NCBI GenBank assembly: GCA_964016885.1
Contig: OZ024740.1
Coordinates: 36,146,001-36,210,000 of the forward strand
DNA from: Eledone cirrhosa
Lineage: Eukaryota
Length of the DNA: 64,000 nucleotides
Reading direction: 5' to 3'
The position numbers and the translations under genes are program-made. Position 1 is the stretch's first letter, and every line of letters begins with the position of its first letter. Shown here piece after piece: positions 14,101 through 29,100 of the stretch. Under the pieces are notes generated by a model. It saw nothing but the letters and a program-made list of their open reading frames with translations. It had not been told where the DNA came from and did not search any database.

Positions 14101-17100
14101 TTGATAGGTGAGGACGAGATAGAAGCAAGCAGTGACAGTTAAGGTCTTGGTTAATATTGTTGATATGTGAGGACGAGATAGAGGCAAGCAGTGACAGTTA
14201 AGGTCTTGGTTAATATTGTTGATAGGTGAGGACGAGATAGAGGTAAGCAGTGACAGTTAAGGTCTTGGTATTATTATTGATAGGTGAGGACGAGATAGAA
14301 GCAAGCAGTGATAGTTAAGGTCTTGGTTAATATTGTTGATAGGTGAGGACGAGATAGAGGCAAGCAGTGACAGTTAAGGTCTTGGTTAATATTGTTGATA
14401 GGTTGGGACGAGATAGAGGCAAGCAGTGACAGTTAAGGTCTTGGTTAATATTATTGATAAGTGAGGACGAGCTAGAGGCAAGCAGTGACAGTTAAGGTCT
14501 TGGTTAATATTATTGATAGGTGGGGACGAGATAGAGGCAAGCAGTGACAGTTAAGGTCTTGGTTAATATTAATGATAGGTGAGGACGAGATAGAGGCAAG
14601 CATTGACAGTTAAGGTCTTGGTTAATATTATTGATAGGTGGGGACGAGATAGAGGCAATCAGTGACAGTTAAGGGCTTGGTTAATATTATTGATAGGTGA
14701 GGACGAGATAGAGGCAAGCAGTGACAGTTAAGGTCTTGGTATTATTATTGATAGGTGAGGACAAGATAGAGGCAAGCAGTGACAGTTAAGGTCTTGGTTA
14801 ATATTGTTGATAGGTGAGGTCGAGATAGAGGCAAGCAGTGATAGTTAGGTCTTGGTTAATATTGTTGATAGGTGGGGACGAGATAGAGGCAAGCAGTGAC
14901 AGTTAAGGTCTTGGTTAATATTATTGATAAGTGAGGACGAGCTAGAGGCAAGCAGTGACAGTTAACCTCTTGATTAATATTGTTGATAGGTGAGGACGAG
15001 ATAGAGGCAAGCAGTGACAGTTAAGGTCTTGGTTAATATTGTTGATAGGTGAGGACGAGATAGAGGCAAGCAGTGACAGTTAAGGTCTTGGTTAATATTG
15101 TTGATAGGTGAGGACGAGATAGAGGCAAGCAGTGACAGTTAAGGTCTTGGTTAATATTATTGATAAGTGAGGACGAGCTAGAGGCAAGCAGTGACAGTTA
15201 AGGTCTTGATTAATATTATTGATAGGTGAGGACGAGACAGAGGCAAGCAGTGACAGTTAAGGTCTTGGTTAATATTATTGATAATTGAGGACGTGATAGA
15301 GGCAAGCAGTGACAGTTAAGGTGTTGGTTAATATTGTTGATAGGTGAGGACGAGATAGAGGCAAGCAGTGACAGTTAAGGTGTTGGTTAATATTGTTGAT
15401 AGGTGGGGACGAGATAGAGGGAAGCAGTGACAGTTAAGGTCTTGGTATTATTGTTGATAGGTGAGGACGAGATAGAAGCAAGCAGTGACAGTTAAGGTCT
15501 TGGTTAATATTGTTGATAGGTGAGGACGAGATAGAGGCAAGCAGTGACAGTTAAGGTCTTGGTATTATTGTTGATAGGTGAGGACGAGATAGAAGCAAGC
15601 AGTGACAGTTAAGGTCTTGGTTAATATTATTGATAGGTGAGGACGAGATAGAGGCAAGCAGTGACAGTTAAGGTCTTGGTTAATATTATTGATAGGTGAG
15701 GACGCGATAGAGGCAAGCAGTGACAGTTAAGGTCTTGGTATTATTATTGATAGGTGAGGACGAGATAGAAGCAAGCAGTGACAGTTAAGGTCTTGGTTAA
15801 TATTATTGATAGGCGAGGACGAGATAGAGGCAAGCAGTGACAGTTAAGGTCTTGGTTAATATTATTGATAGGTGAGGACGAGATAGAAGCAAGCAGTGAC
15901 AGTTAAGGTCTTGGTTAATATTATTGATAGGTGAGGAGGAGATAGAGGCAAGCAGTGACAGTAAACCTCTTGGTTAATATTGTTGATAGGTGAGGAAGAG
16001 ATAGAGGTAAGCAGTGACAGTTAAGGTCTTGGTTAATATTGTTGATAGGTGAGGACGAGATAGACGCAAGCAGTGACAGCTAAGTTCTTGGTTAATATTG
16101 TTGATAGTTGGGGACGAGATAGAGGCCAGCAGTGACAGTTAAGGTCTTGGTTAATATTATTGATAGGTGAGGACGAGATAGAGGCAAGCAGTGACAGTTA
16201 AGGTCTTGGTTAATATTATTGATAGGTGAGGACGAGATAGAGGCAAGCAATGACAGTTAAGGTCTTGGTTAATATTGTTGATAGGTGGGGACGAGATAGA
16301 GGCAAGCAGTGACAGTTAAGGTCTTGGTTAATATTATTGATAAGTGAGGACGAGCTAGAGGCAAGCAGTGACAGTTAAGGTCTTGGTTAATATTATAGAT
16401 AAGTGAGGACGACATAGAGGCCAGCAGTGACAGTTAAGGTCTTGGTTAATATTATTGATAGGTGGAGACTAAATAGAGGCAAGCAGTGACAGTTAAGGTC
16501 TTGGTTAATATTATTGATAAGTGAGGACGAGCTAGAGGCAAGCAGTGATAGTTAAGGTCTTGGTTAATATTATTGATAGGTGAGGACGACATAGAGGCAA
16601 GCAGTGACAGTTAAGGTCTTGTATAATATTGGTCTTGGTTAATATTGTTGATAGGTGGGGACGAGATAGAGGCAAGCAGTGACAGTTAAGGTCTTGGTTA
16701 ATATTGTTGATAGGTGAGGACGAGATAGAGGGAAGCAGTGACAGTTAAGGTCTTGGTTAATATTATTGATAGGTGAGGAGGAGATAGAGGCAAGCAGTGA
16801 CAGTTAACCTCTTGGTTAATATTGTTGATAGGTGAGGAAGAGATAGAGGTAAGCAGTGACAGTTAAGGTCTTGGTTAATATTGTTGATAGGGGGGGACGA
16901 GATAGAGGCAAGCAGTGACAGTTAAGGTCTTGGTATTATTGGTGATAGGTGAGGACGAGATAGAGGCAAGCAGTGACAGTTAAGGTCTTGGTTAATATTA
17001 TTGATAGGTGAGGACGAGATAGAGGCAAGCAGTGATAGTTAAGGTCTTGGTTAATATTATTGATAGGTGAGGACGAGATAGAATCAAGCAGTGACAGTTA

Positions 17101-20100
17101 AGGTCTTGGTTAATATTATTGATAGGCGAGGACGAGATAGAGGCAAGCAGTGACAGTTAAGGTCTTGGTTAATATTATTGATAGGTGAGGACGAGATAGA
17201 AGCAAGCAGTGACAGTTAAGGTCTTGGTTAATATTATTGATAGGTGAGGAGGAGATAGAGGCAAGCAGTGACAGTTAACCTCTTGATTAATATTGTTGAT
17301 AGGTGAGGAAGAGATAGAGGTAAGCAGTGACAGTTAAGGTCTTGGTTAATATTATTGATAGGTCAGGACGAGATAGAAGCAAGCAGTGACAGTTAAGGTC
17401 TTGGTTAATATTATTGATAGGTGAGGAGGAGATAGAGGCAAGCAGTGACAGTTAACCTCTTGATTAATATTGTTGATAGGTGAGGACGAGATAGAGGCAA
17501 GCAGTGACAGTTAAGGTCTTGGTTAATATTGTTGATAGGTGAGGACGAGATAGAGGCAAGCAGTGACAGTTAAGGTCTTGGTTAATATTGTTGATAGGTG
17601 AGGACGAGATAGAGGCAAGCAGTGACAGTTAAGGTCTTGGTTAATATTGCTGATAGGTGACGACGAGATAGAGGCAAGCAGTGACAGTTAAGGTCTTCAT
17701 TAATATTGTTGATAGGTGAGGACGAGATAGAAGCAAGCAGTGACAGTTAAGGTCTTGGTTAATATTGTTGATATGTGAGGACGAGATAGAGGCAAGCAGT
17801 GACAGTTAAGGTCTTGGTTAATATTGTTGATAGGTGAGGACGAGATAGAGGTAAGCAGTGACAGTTAAGGTCTTGGTATTATTATTGATAGGTGAGGACG
17901 AGATAGAAGCAAGCAGTGATAGTTAAGGTCTTGGTTAATATTGTTGATAGGTGAGGACGAGATAGAGGCAAGCAGTGACAGTTAAGGTCTTGGTTAATAT
18001 TGTTGATAGGTTGGGACGAGATAGAGGCAAGCAGTGACAGTTAAGGTCTTGGTTAATATTATTGATAAGTGAGGACGAGCTAGAGGCAAGCAGTGACAGT
18101 TAAGGTCTTGGTTAATATTATTGATAGGTGGGGACGAGATAGAGGCAAGCAGTGACAGTTAAGGTCTTGGTTAATATTAATGATAGGTGAGGACGAGATA
18201 GAGGCAAGCATTGACAGTTAAGGTCTTGGTTAATATTATTGATAGGTGGGGACGAGATAGAGGCAATCAGTGACAGTTAAGGGCTTGGTTAATATTATTG
18301 ATAGGTGAGGACGAGATAGAGGCAAGCAGTGACAGTTAAGGTCTTGGTATTATTATTGATAGGTGAGGACAAGATAGAGGCAAGCAGTGACAGTTAAGGT
18401 CTTGGTTAATATTGTTGATAGGTGAGGTCGAGATAGAGGCAAGCAGTGATAGTTAAGGTCTTGGTTAATATTGTTGATAGGTGGGGACGAGATAGAGGCA
18501 AGCAGTGACAGTTAAGGTCTTGGTTAATATTATTGATAAGTGAGGACGAGCTAGAGGCAAGCAGTGACAGTTAACCTCTTGATTAATATTGTTGATAGGT
18601 GAGGACGAGATAGAGGCAAGCAGTGACAGTTAAGGTCTTGGTTAATATTGTTGATAGGTGAGGACGAGATAGAGGCAAGCAGTGACAGTTAAGGTCTTGG
18701 TTAATATTGTTGATAGGTGAGGACGAGATAGAGGCAAGCAGTGACAGTTAAGGTCTTGGTTAATATTGCTGATAGGTGACGACGAGATAGAGGCAAGCAG
18801 TGACAGTTAAGGTCTTCATTAATATTGTTGATAGGTGAGGACGAGATAGAAGCAAGCAGTGACAGTTAAGGTCTTGGTTAATATTGTTGATATGTGAGGA
18901 CGAGATAGAGGCAAGCAGTGACAGTTAAGGTCTTGGTTAATATTGTTGATAGGTGAGGACGAGATAGAGGTAAGCAGTGACAGTTAAGGTCTTGGTTAAT
19001 ATTGTTGATAGGTGAGGACGAGATTGGGGTAAGCAGTGACAGTTAAGGTCTTGGTTAAAATTATTGATAGGTGAGGACGAGATAGAGGTAAGCAGTGACA
19101 GTTAAGGTCTTGGTTAAAATTATTGATAGGTGAGGACGAGATAGAGGCAAGCAGTGACAGTTAAGGTCTTGGTTAATATTGTTGATAGGTGAGGACGAGA
19201 TAGGGGTAAGCAGTGACAGTTAAGGTCTTGGTTAAAATTATTGATAGGTGAGGACGAGATAGAGGCTAGCAGTGACAGTTAAGGTCTTGGTTAATATTAT
19301 TGATAGGTGAGGACGAGATAGAGGCAAGCAGTGACAGTTAAGGTCTTGGTTAAAATTATTGATAGGTGAGGACGAGATAGAGGCAAGCAGTGACAGTTAA
19401 GGTCTTGGTTAAAATTATTGATAGGTGAGGACGAGATAGAGGCAAGCAGTGACAGTTAAGGTCTTGGTTAATATTATTGATAGGTGAGGACGAGATAGAG
19501 GCAAGCAGTGACAGTTAAGGTCTTGGTTAATATTGTTGATAGGTGAGGACGAGATAGAGGTAAGCAGTGACAGTTAAGGTCTTGTTTAAAATTATTGATA
19601 GGTGAGGACGAGATAGAGGCAAGCAGTGACAGTTAAGGTCTTGGTTAATATTATTGATAGGTGAGGACGAGATAGAGGCAAGCAGTGACAGTTAAGGTCT
19701 TGGTTAATATTATTGATAGGTGAGGACGAGATAGAAGCAAGAAGTGACAGTTAAGGTCTTGGTTAATATTGTTGATAGGTGAGGATGAGATAGAGGCAAG
19801 CAGTGACAGTTAAGGTCTTCGTTAATATTGTTGATAGGTGAGGACGAGATAGAGGTAAGCAGTGACAGTTAAGGTCTTGGATAATATTATTGATAGGTGA
19901 GGACAAGATAGAGGCAAGCAGTGACAGTTAAGGTCTTGGTTAATATTATTGATAAGTGAGGACGAGCTAGAGGCAAGCAGTGACAGTTAAGGTCTTGGTT
20001 AATATTGGTCTTGGTTAATATTATTGATAGGTGGGGACGAGATAGAGGCAAGCAATGACAGTTAAGGTCTTCGTTAATATTATTGATATGTGAGGACGAG

Positions 20101-23100
20101 ATAGAGGCAAGCAGTGACAGTTAAGATCTTGGTATTATTATTGATAGGTGAGGACGAGATAGAGGTAAGCAGTGACAGTTAAGGTCTTGGTTAATATTAT
20201 TGATAGGTGAGGACGAGATAGAGGCAAGCAGTGACAGTTAATGTCTTGGTTAATATTGTTGATAGGTGAGGACGAGCTAGAGGCAAGCAGTGACAGTTAA
20301 GGTCTTGGTTAATATTATTGATAGGTGAGGACGAGATAGAGGCAAGCAGTGACAGTTAAGGTCTTGGTTAATATTATTGATAGGTGAAGACGAGATAGAG
20401 GCAAGCAGTGACAGTTAAGGTCTTGGTTAATATTGTTGATAGGTGAGGACGAGATAGAGGCAAGCAGTGACAGTTAAGTTCTTGGATAATATTATTGATA
20501 GGTGAGAACGAGATAGAGGCAAGCAGTGACAGTTAAGGTCTTGGTTAATATTGTTGATAGGTGAGGACGAGATAGAGGCAAGCAGTGATAGTTAAGGTCT
20601 TGGTTAATATTGTTGATAGGTGAGGACGAGATAGAGGCAAGCAGTGACAGTTAACGTCTTGGTTAATATTATTGATAAGTGAGGACGAGCTAGAGGCAAG
20701 CAGTGACAGTTAAGGTCTTGATTAATATTATTGATAGGTGAGGACGAGACAGAGGCAAGCAGTGACAGTTAAGGTCTTGGTTAATATTATTGATAATTGA
20801 GGACGTGATAGAGGCAAGCAGTGACAGTTAAGGTGTTGGTTAATATTGTTGATAGGTGAGGACGAGATAGAGGCAAGCAGTGACAGTTAAGGTGTTGGTT
20901 AATATTGTTGATAGGTGGGGACGAGATAGAGGGAAGCAGTGACAGTTAAGGTCTTGGTATTATTGTTGATAGGTGAGGACGAGATAGAAGCAAGCAGTGA
21001 CAGTTAAGGTCTTGGTTAATATTGTTGATAGGTGAGGACGAGATAGAGGCAAGCAGTGACAGTTAAGGTCTTGGTATTATTGTTGATAGGTGAGGACGAG
21101 ATAGAAGCAAGCAGTGACAGTTAAGGTCTTGGTTAATATTATTGATAGGTGAGGACGAGATAGAGGCAAGCAGTGACAGTTAAGGTCTTGGTTAATATTA
21201 TTGATAGGTGAGGACGCGATAGAGGCAAGCAGTGACAGTTAAGGTCTTGGTATTATTATTGATAGGTGAGGACGAGATAGAAGCAAGCAGTGACAGTTAA
21301 GGTCTTGGTTAATATTATTGATAGGCGAGGACGAGATAGAGGCAAGCAGTGACAGTTAAGGTCTTGGTTAATATTATTGATAGGTGAGGACGAGATAGAA
21401 GCAAGCAGTGACAGTTAAGGTCTTGGTTAATATTATTGATAGGTGAGGAGGAGATAGAGGCAAGCAGTGACAGTAAACCTCTTGGTTAATATTGTTGATA
21501 GGTGAGGAAGAGATAGAGGTAAGCAGTGACAGTTAAGGTCTTGGTTAATATTGTTGATAGGTGAGGACGAGATAGACGCAAGCAGTGACAGCTAAGTTCT
21601 TGGTTAATATTGTTGATAGTTGGGGACGAGATAGAGGCCAGCAGTGACAGTTAAGGTTTTGGTTAATATTATTGATAGGTGAGGACGAGATAGAGGCAAG
21701 CAGTGACAGTTAAGGTCTTGGTTAATATTATTGATAGGTGAGGACGAGATAGAGGCAAGCAGTGACAGTTAAGGTCTTGGTTAATATTGTTGATAGGTGG
21801 GGACGAGATAGAGGCAAGCAGTGACAGTTAAGGTCTTGGTTAATATTATTGATAAGTGAGGACGAGCTAGAGGCAAGCAGTGACAGTTAAGGTCTTGGTT
21901 AATATTATAGATAAGTGAGGACGACATAGAGGCCAGCAGTGACAGTTAAGGTCTTGGTTAATATTATAGATAAGTGAGGACGACATAGAGGCAAGCAGTG
22001 ACAGTTAAGGTCTTGTATAATATTGGTCTTGGTTAATATTGTTGATAGGTGGGGACGAGATAGAGGCAAGCAGTGACAGTTAAGGTCTTGGTTAATATTG
22101 TTGATAGGTGAGGACGAGATAGAGGGAAGCAGTGACAGTTAAGGTCTTGGTTAATATTATTGATAGGTGAGGAGGAGATAGAGGCAAGCAGTGACAGTTA
22201 ACCTCTTGGTTAATATTGTTGATAGGTGAGGAAGAGATAGAGGTAAGCAGTGACAGTTAAGGTCTTGGTTAATATTGTTGATAGGTGGGGACGAGATAGA
22301 GGCAAGCAGTGACAGTTAAGGTCTTGGTATTATTGGTGATAGGTGAGGACGAGATAGAGGCAAGCAGTGACAGTTAAGGTCTTGGTTAATATTATTGATA
22401 GGTGAGGACGAGATAGAGGCAAGCAGTGATAGTTAAGGTCTTGGTTAATATTATTGATAGGTGAGGACGAGATAGAATCAAGCAGTGACAGTTAAGGTCT
22501 TGGTTAATATTATTGATAGGCGAGGACGAGATAGAGGCAAGCAGTGACAGTTAAGGTCTTGGTTAATATTATTGATAGGTGAGGACGAGATAGAAGCAAG
22601 CAGTGACAGTTAAGGTCTTGGTTAATATTATTGATAGGTGAGGAGGAGATAGAGGCAAGCAGTGACAGTTAACCTCTTGATTAATATTGTTGATAGGTGA
22701 GGAAGAGATAGAGGTAAGCAGTGACAGTTAAGGTCTTGGTTAATATTATTGATAGGTCAGGACGAGATAGAAGCAAGCAGTGACAGTTAAGGTCTTGGTT
22801 AATATTATTGATAGGTGAGGAGGAGATAGAGGCAAGCAGTGACAGTTAACCTCTTGATTAATATTGTTGATAGGTGAGGACGAGATAGAGGCAAGCAGTG
22901 ACAGTTAAGGTCTTGGTTAATATTGTTGATAGGTGAGGACGAGATAGAGGCAAGCAGTGACAGTTAAGGTCTTGGTTAATATTGTTGATAGGTGAGGACG
23001 AGATAGAGGCAAGCAGTGACAGTTAAGGTCTTGGTTAATATTGCTGATAGGTGACGACGAGATAGAGGCAAGCAGTGACAGTTAAGGTCTTCATTAATAT

Positions 23101-26100
23101 TGTTGATAGGTGAGGACGAGATAGAAGCAAGCAGTGACAGTTAAGGTCTTGGTTAATATTGTTGATAGGTGAGGACGAGATAGAGGTAAGCAGTGACAGT
23201 TAAGGTCTTGGTATTATTATTGATAGGTGAGGACGAGATAGAAGCAAGCAGTGATAGTTAAGGTCTTGGTTAATATTGTTGATAGGTGAGGACGAGATAG
23301 AGGCAAGCAGTGACAGTTAAGGTCTTGGTTAATATTGTTGATAGGTTGGGACGAGATAGAGGCAAGCAGTGACAGTTAAGGTCTTGGTTAATATTATTGA
23401 TAAGTGAGGACGAGCTAGAGGCAAGCAGTGACAGTTAAGGTCTTGGTTAATATTATTGATAGGTGGGGACGAGATAGAGGCAAGCAGTGACAGTTAAGGT
23501 CTTGGTTAATATTAATGATAGGTGAGGACGAGATAGAGGCAAGCATTGACAGTTAAGGTCTTGGTTAATATTATTGATAGGTGGGGACGAGATAGAGGCA
23601 ATCAGTGACAGTTAAGGGCTTTGTTAATATTATTGATAGGTGAGGACGAGATAGAGGCAAGCAGTGACAGTTAAGGTCTTGGTATTATTATTGATAGGTG
23701 AGGACAAGATAGAGGCAAGCAGTGACAGTTAAGGTCTTGGTTAATATTGTTGATAGGTGAGGTCGAGATAGAGGCAAGCAGTGATAGTTAGGTCTTGGTT
23801 AATATTGTTGATAGGTGGGGACGAGATAGAGGCAAGCAGTGACAGTTAAGGTCTTGGTTAATATTATTGATAAGTGAGGACGAGCTAGAGGCAAGCAGTG
23901 ACAGTTAACCTCTTGATTAATATTGTTGATAGGTGAGGACGAGATAGAGGCAAGCAGTGACAGTTAAGGTCTTGGTTAATATTGTTGATAGGTGAGGACG
24001 AGATAGAGGCAAGCAGTGACAGTTAAGGTCTTGGTTAATATTGTTGATAGGTGAGGACGAGATAGAGGCAAGCAGTGACAGTTAAGGTCTTGGTTAATAT
24101 TATTGATAAGTGAGGACGAGCTAGAGGCAAGCAGTGACAGTTAAGGTCTTGATTAATATTATTGATAGGTGAGGACGAGACAGAGGCAAGCAGTGACAGT
24201 TAAGGTCTTGGTTAATATTATTGATAATTGAGGACGTGATAGAGGCAAGCAGTGACAGTTAAGGTGTTGGTTAATATTGTTGATAGGTGAGGACGAGATA
24301 GAGGCAAGCAGTGACAGTTAAGGTGTTGGTTAATATTGTTGATAGGTGGGGACGAGATAGAGGGAAGCAGTGACAGTTAAGGTCTTGGTATTATTGTTGA
24401 TAGGTGAGGACGAGATAGAAGCAAGCAGTGACAGTTAAGGTCTTGGTTAATATTGTTGATAGGTGAGGACGAGATAGAGGCAAGCAGTGACAGTTAAGGT
24501 CTTGGTATTATTGTTGATAGGTGAGGACGAGATAGAAGCAAGCAGTGACAGTTAAGGTCTTGGTTAATATTATTGATAGGTGAGGACGAGATAGAGGCAA
24601 GCAGTGACAGTTAAGGTCTTGGTTAATATTATTGATAGGTGAGGACGCGATAGAGGCAAGCAGTGACAGTTAAGGTCTTGGTATTATTATTGATAGGTGA
24701 GGACGAGATAGAAGCAAGCAGTGACAGTTAAGGTCTTGGTTAATATTATTGATAGGCGAGGACGAGATAGAGGCAAGCAGTGACAGTTAAGGTCTTGGTT
24801 AATATTATTGATAGGTGAGGACGAGATAGAAGCAAGCAGTGACAGTTAAGGTCTTGGTTAATATTATTGATAGGTGAGGAGGAGATAGAGGCAAGCAGTG
24901 ACAGTAAACCTCTTGGTTAATATTGTTGATAGGTGAGGAAGAGATAGAGGTAAGCAGTGACAGTTAAGGTCTTGGTTAATATTGTTGATAGGTGAGGACG
25001 AGATAGACGCAAGCAGTGACAGCTAAGTTCTTGGTTAATATTGTTGATAGTTGGGGACGAGATAGAGGCCAGCAGTGACAGTTAAGGTCTTGGTTAATAT
25101 TATTGATAGGTGAGGACGAGATAGAGGCAAGCAGTGACAGTTAAGGTCTTGGTTAATATTATTGATAGGTGAGGACGAGATAGAGGCAAGCAGTGACAGT
25201 TAAGGTCTTGGTTAATATTGTTGATAGGTGGGGACGAGATAGAGGCAAGCAGTGACAGTTAAGGTCTTGGTTAATATTATTGATAAGTGAGGACGAGCTA
25301 GAGGCAAGCAGTGACAGTTAAGGTCTTGGTTAATATTATAGATAAGTGAGGACGACATAGAGGCCAGCAGTGACAGTTAAGGTCTTGGTTAATATTATTG
25401 ATAGGTGGAGACTAAATAGAGGCAAGCAGTGACAGTTAAGGTCTTGGTTAATATTATTGATAAGTGAGGACGAGCTAGAGGCAAGCAGTGATAGTTAAGG
25501 TCTTGGTTAATATTATTGATAGGTGAGGACGACATAGAGGCAAGCAGTGACAGTTAAGGTCTTGTATAATATTGGTCTTGGTTAATATTGTTGATAGGTG
25601 GGGACGAGATAGAGGCAAGCAGTGACAGTTAAGGTCTTGGTTAATATTGTTGATAGGTGAGGACGAGATAGAGGGAAGCAGTGACAGTTAAGGTCTTGGT
25701 TAATATTATTGATAGGTGAGGAGGAGATAGAGGCAAGCAGTGACAGTTAACCTCTTGGTTAATATTGTTGATAGGTGAGGAAGAGATAGAGGTAAGCAGT
25801 GACAGTTAAGGTCTTGGTTAATATTGTTGATAGGTGGGGACGAGATAGAGGCAATCAGTGACAGTTAAGGTCTTGGTATTATTGGTGATAGGTGAGGACG
25901 AGATAGAGGCAAGCAGTGACAGTTAAGGTCTTGGTTAATATTATTGATAGGTGAGGACGAGATAGAGGCAAGCAGTGATAGTTAAGGTCTTGGTTAATAT
26001 TATTGATAGGTGAGGACGAGATAGAATCAAGCAGTGACAGTTAAGGTCTTGGTTAATATTATTGATAGGCGAGGACGAGATAGAGGCAAGCAGTGACAGT

Positions 26101-29100
26101 TAAGGTCTTGGTTAATATTATTGATAGGTGAGGACGAGATAGAAGCAAGCAGTGACAGTTAAGGTCTTGGTTAATATTATTGATAGGTGAGGAGGAGATA
26201 GAGGCAAGCAGTGACAGTTAACCTCTTGATTAATATTGTTGATAGGTGAGGAAGAGATAGAGGTAAGCAGTGACAGTTAAGGTCTTGGTTAATATTATTG
26301 ATAGGTCAGGACGAGATAGAAGCAAGCCGTGACAGTTAAGGTCTTGGTTAATATTATTGATAGGTGAGGAGGAGATAGAGGCAAGCAGTGACAGTTAACC
26401 TCTTGATTAATATTGTTGATAGGTGAGGACGAGATAGAGGCAAGCAGTGACAGTTAAGGTCTTGGTTAATATTGTTGATAGGTGAGGACGAGATAGAGGC
26501 AAGCAGTGACAGTTAAGGTCTTGGTTAATATTGTTGATAGGTGAGGACGAGATAGAGGCAAGCAGTGACAGTTAAGGTCTTGGTTAATATTGCTGATAGG
26601 TGACGACGAGATAGAGGCAAGCAGTGACAGTTAAGGTCTTCATTAATATTGTTGATAGGTGAGGACGAGATAGAAGCAAGCAGTGACAGTTAAGGTCTTG
26701 GTTAATATTGTTGATATGTGAGGACGAGATAGAGGCAAGCAGTGACAGTTAAGGTCTTGGTTAATATTGTTGATAGGTGAGGACGAGATAGAGGTAAGCA
26801 GTGACAGTTAAGGTCTTGGTATTATTATTGATAGGTGAGGACGAGATAGAAGCAAGCAGTGATAGTTAAGGTCTTGGTTAATATTGTTGATAGGTGAGGA
26901 CGAGATAGAGGCAAGCAGTGACAGTTAAGGTCTTGGTTAATATTGTTGATAGGTTGGGACGAGATAGAGGCAAGCAGTGACAGTTAAGGTCTTGGTTAAT
27001 ATTATTGATAAGTGAGGACGAGCTAGAGGCAAGCAGTGACAGTTAAGGTCTTGGTTAATATTATTGATAGGTGGGGACGAGATAGAGGCAAGCAGTGACA
27101 GTTAAGGTCTTGGTTAATATTAATGATAGGTGAGGACGAGATAGAGGCAAGCATTGACAGTTAAGGTCTTGGTTAATATTATTGATAGGTGGGGACGAGA
27201 TAGAGGCAATCAGTGACAGTTAAGGGCTTGGTTAATATTATTGATAGGTGAGGACGAGATAGAGGCAAGCAGTGACAGTTAAGGTCTTGGTATTATTATT
27301 GATAGGTGAGGACAAGATAGAGGCAAGCAGTGACAGTTAAGGTCTTGGTTAATATTGTTGATAGGTGAGGTCGAGATAGAGGCAAGCAGTGATAGTTAAG
27401 GTCTTGGTTAATATTGTTGATAGGTGGGGACGAGATAGAGGCAAGCAGTGACAGTTAAGGTCTTGGTTAATATTATTGATAAGTGAGGACGAGCTAGAGG
27501 CAAGCAGTGACAGTTAACCTCTTGATTAATATTGTTGATAGGTGAGGACGAGATAGAGGCAAGCAGTGACAGTTAAGGTCTTGGTTAATATTGTTGATAG
27601 GTGAGGACGAGATAGAGGCAAGCAGTGACAGTTAAGGTCTTGGTTAATATTGTTGATAGGTGAGGACGAGATAGAGGCAAGCAGTGACAGTTAAGGTCTT
27701 GGTTAATATTGCTGATAGGTGACGACGAGATAGAGGCAAGCAGTGACAGTTAAGGTCTTCATTAATATTGTTGATAGGTGAGGACGAGATAGAAGCAAGC
27801 AGTGACAGTTAAGGTCTTGGTTAATATTGTTGATATGTGAGGACGAGATAGAGGCAAGCAGTGACAGTTAAGGTCTTGGTTAATATTGTTGATAGGTGAG
27901 GACGAGATAGAGGTAAGCAGTGACAGTTAAGGTCTTGGTATTATTATTGATAGGTGAGGACGAGATAGAAGCAAGCAGTGATAGTTAAGGTCTTGGTTAA
28001 TATTGTTGATAGGTGAGGACGAGATAGAGGCAAGCAGTGACAGTTAAGGTCTTGGTTAATATTGTTGATAGGTTGGGACGAGATAGAGGCAAGCAGTGAC
28101 AGTTAAGGTCTTGGTTAATATTATTGATAAGTGAGGACGAGCTAGAGGCAAGCAGTGACAGTTAAGGTCTTGGTTAATATTATTGATAGGTGGGGACGAG
28201 ATAGAGGCAAGCAGTGACAGTTAAGGTCTTGGTTAATATTAATGATAGGTGAGGACGAGATAGAGGCAAGCATTGACAGTTAAGGTCTTGGTTAATATTA
28301 TTGATAGGTGGGGACGAGATAGAGGCAATCAGTGACAGTTAAGGGCTTGGTTAATATTATTGATAGGTGAGGACGAGATAGAGGCAAGCAGTGACAGTTA
28401 AGGTCTTGGTATTATTATTGATAGGTGAGGACAAGATAGAGGCAAGCAGTGACAGTTAAGGTCTTGGTTAATATTGTTGATAGGTGAGGTCGAGATAGAG
28501 GCAAGCAGTGATAGTTAAGGTCTTGGTTAATATTGTTGATAGGTGGGGACGAGATAGAGGCAAGCAGTGACAGTTAAGGTCTTGGTTAATATTATTGATA
28601 AGTGAGGACGAGCTAGAGGCAAGCAGTGACAGTTAAGGTCTTGGTAAATATTATTGATAAGTGAGGACGACATAGAGGCCAGCAGTGACAGTTAAGGTCT
28701 TGGTTAATATTATTGATAGGTGGGGACGAGATAGAGGCAAGCAGTGACAGTTAAGGTCTTGGTTAATATTGTTGATAGGTGAGGACGAGATAGAGGGAAG
28801 CAGTGACAGTTAAGGTCTTGGTTAATATTGTTGATAGGTGAGGACGAGATAGAGGGAAGCAGTGACAGTTAAGGTCATGGTTAAGATTATTGATAGGTGA
28901 GGACGAGATAGAGGCAAGCAGTGACAGTTAAGGTCTTGGTTAATATTGTTGATAGGTGGGGACGAGATAGAGGCAAGGAGTGACAGTTAAGGTCTTGGTT
29001 AATATTATTGATAAGTGAGGACGAGCTAGAGGCAAGCAGTGACAGTTAAGGTCTTGGTTAATATTGTTGATAGGTGGAGACTAAATAGAGGCAAGCAGTG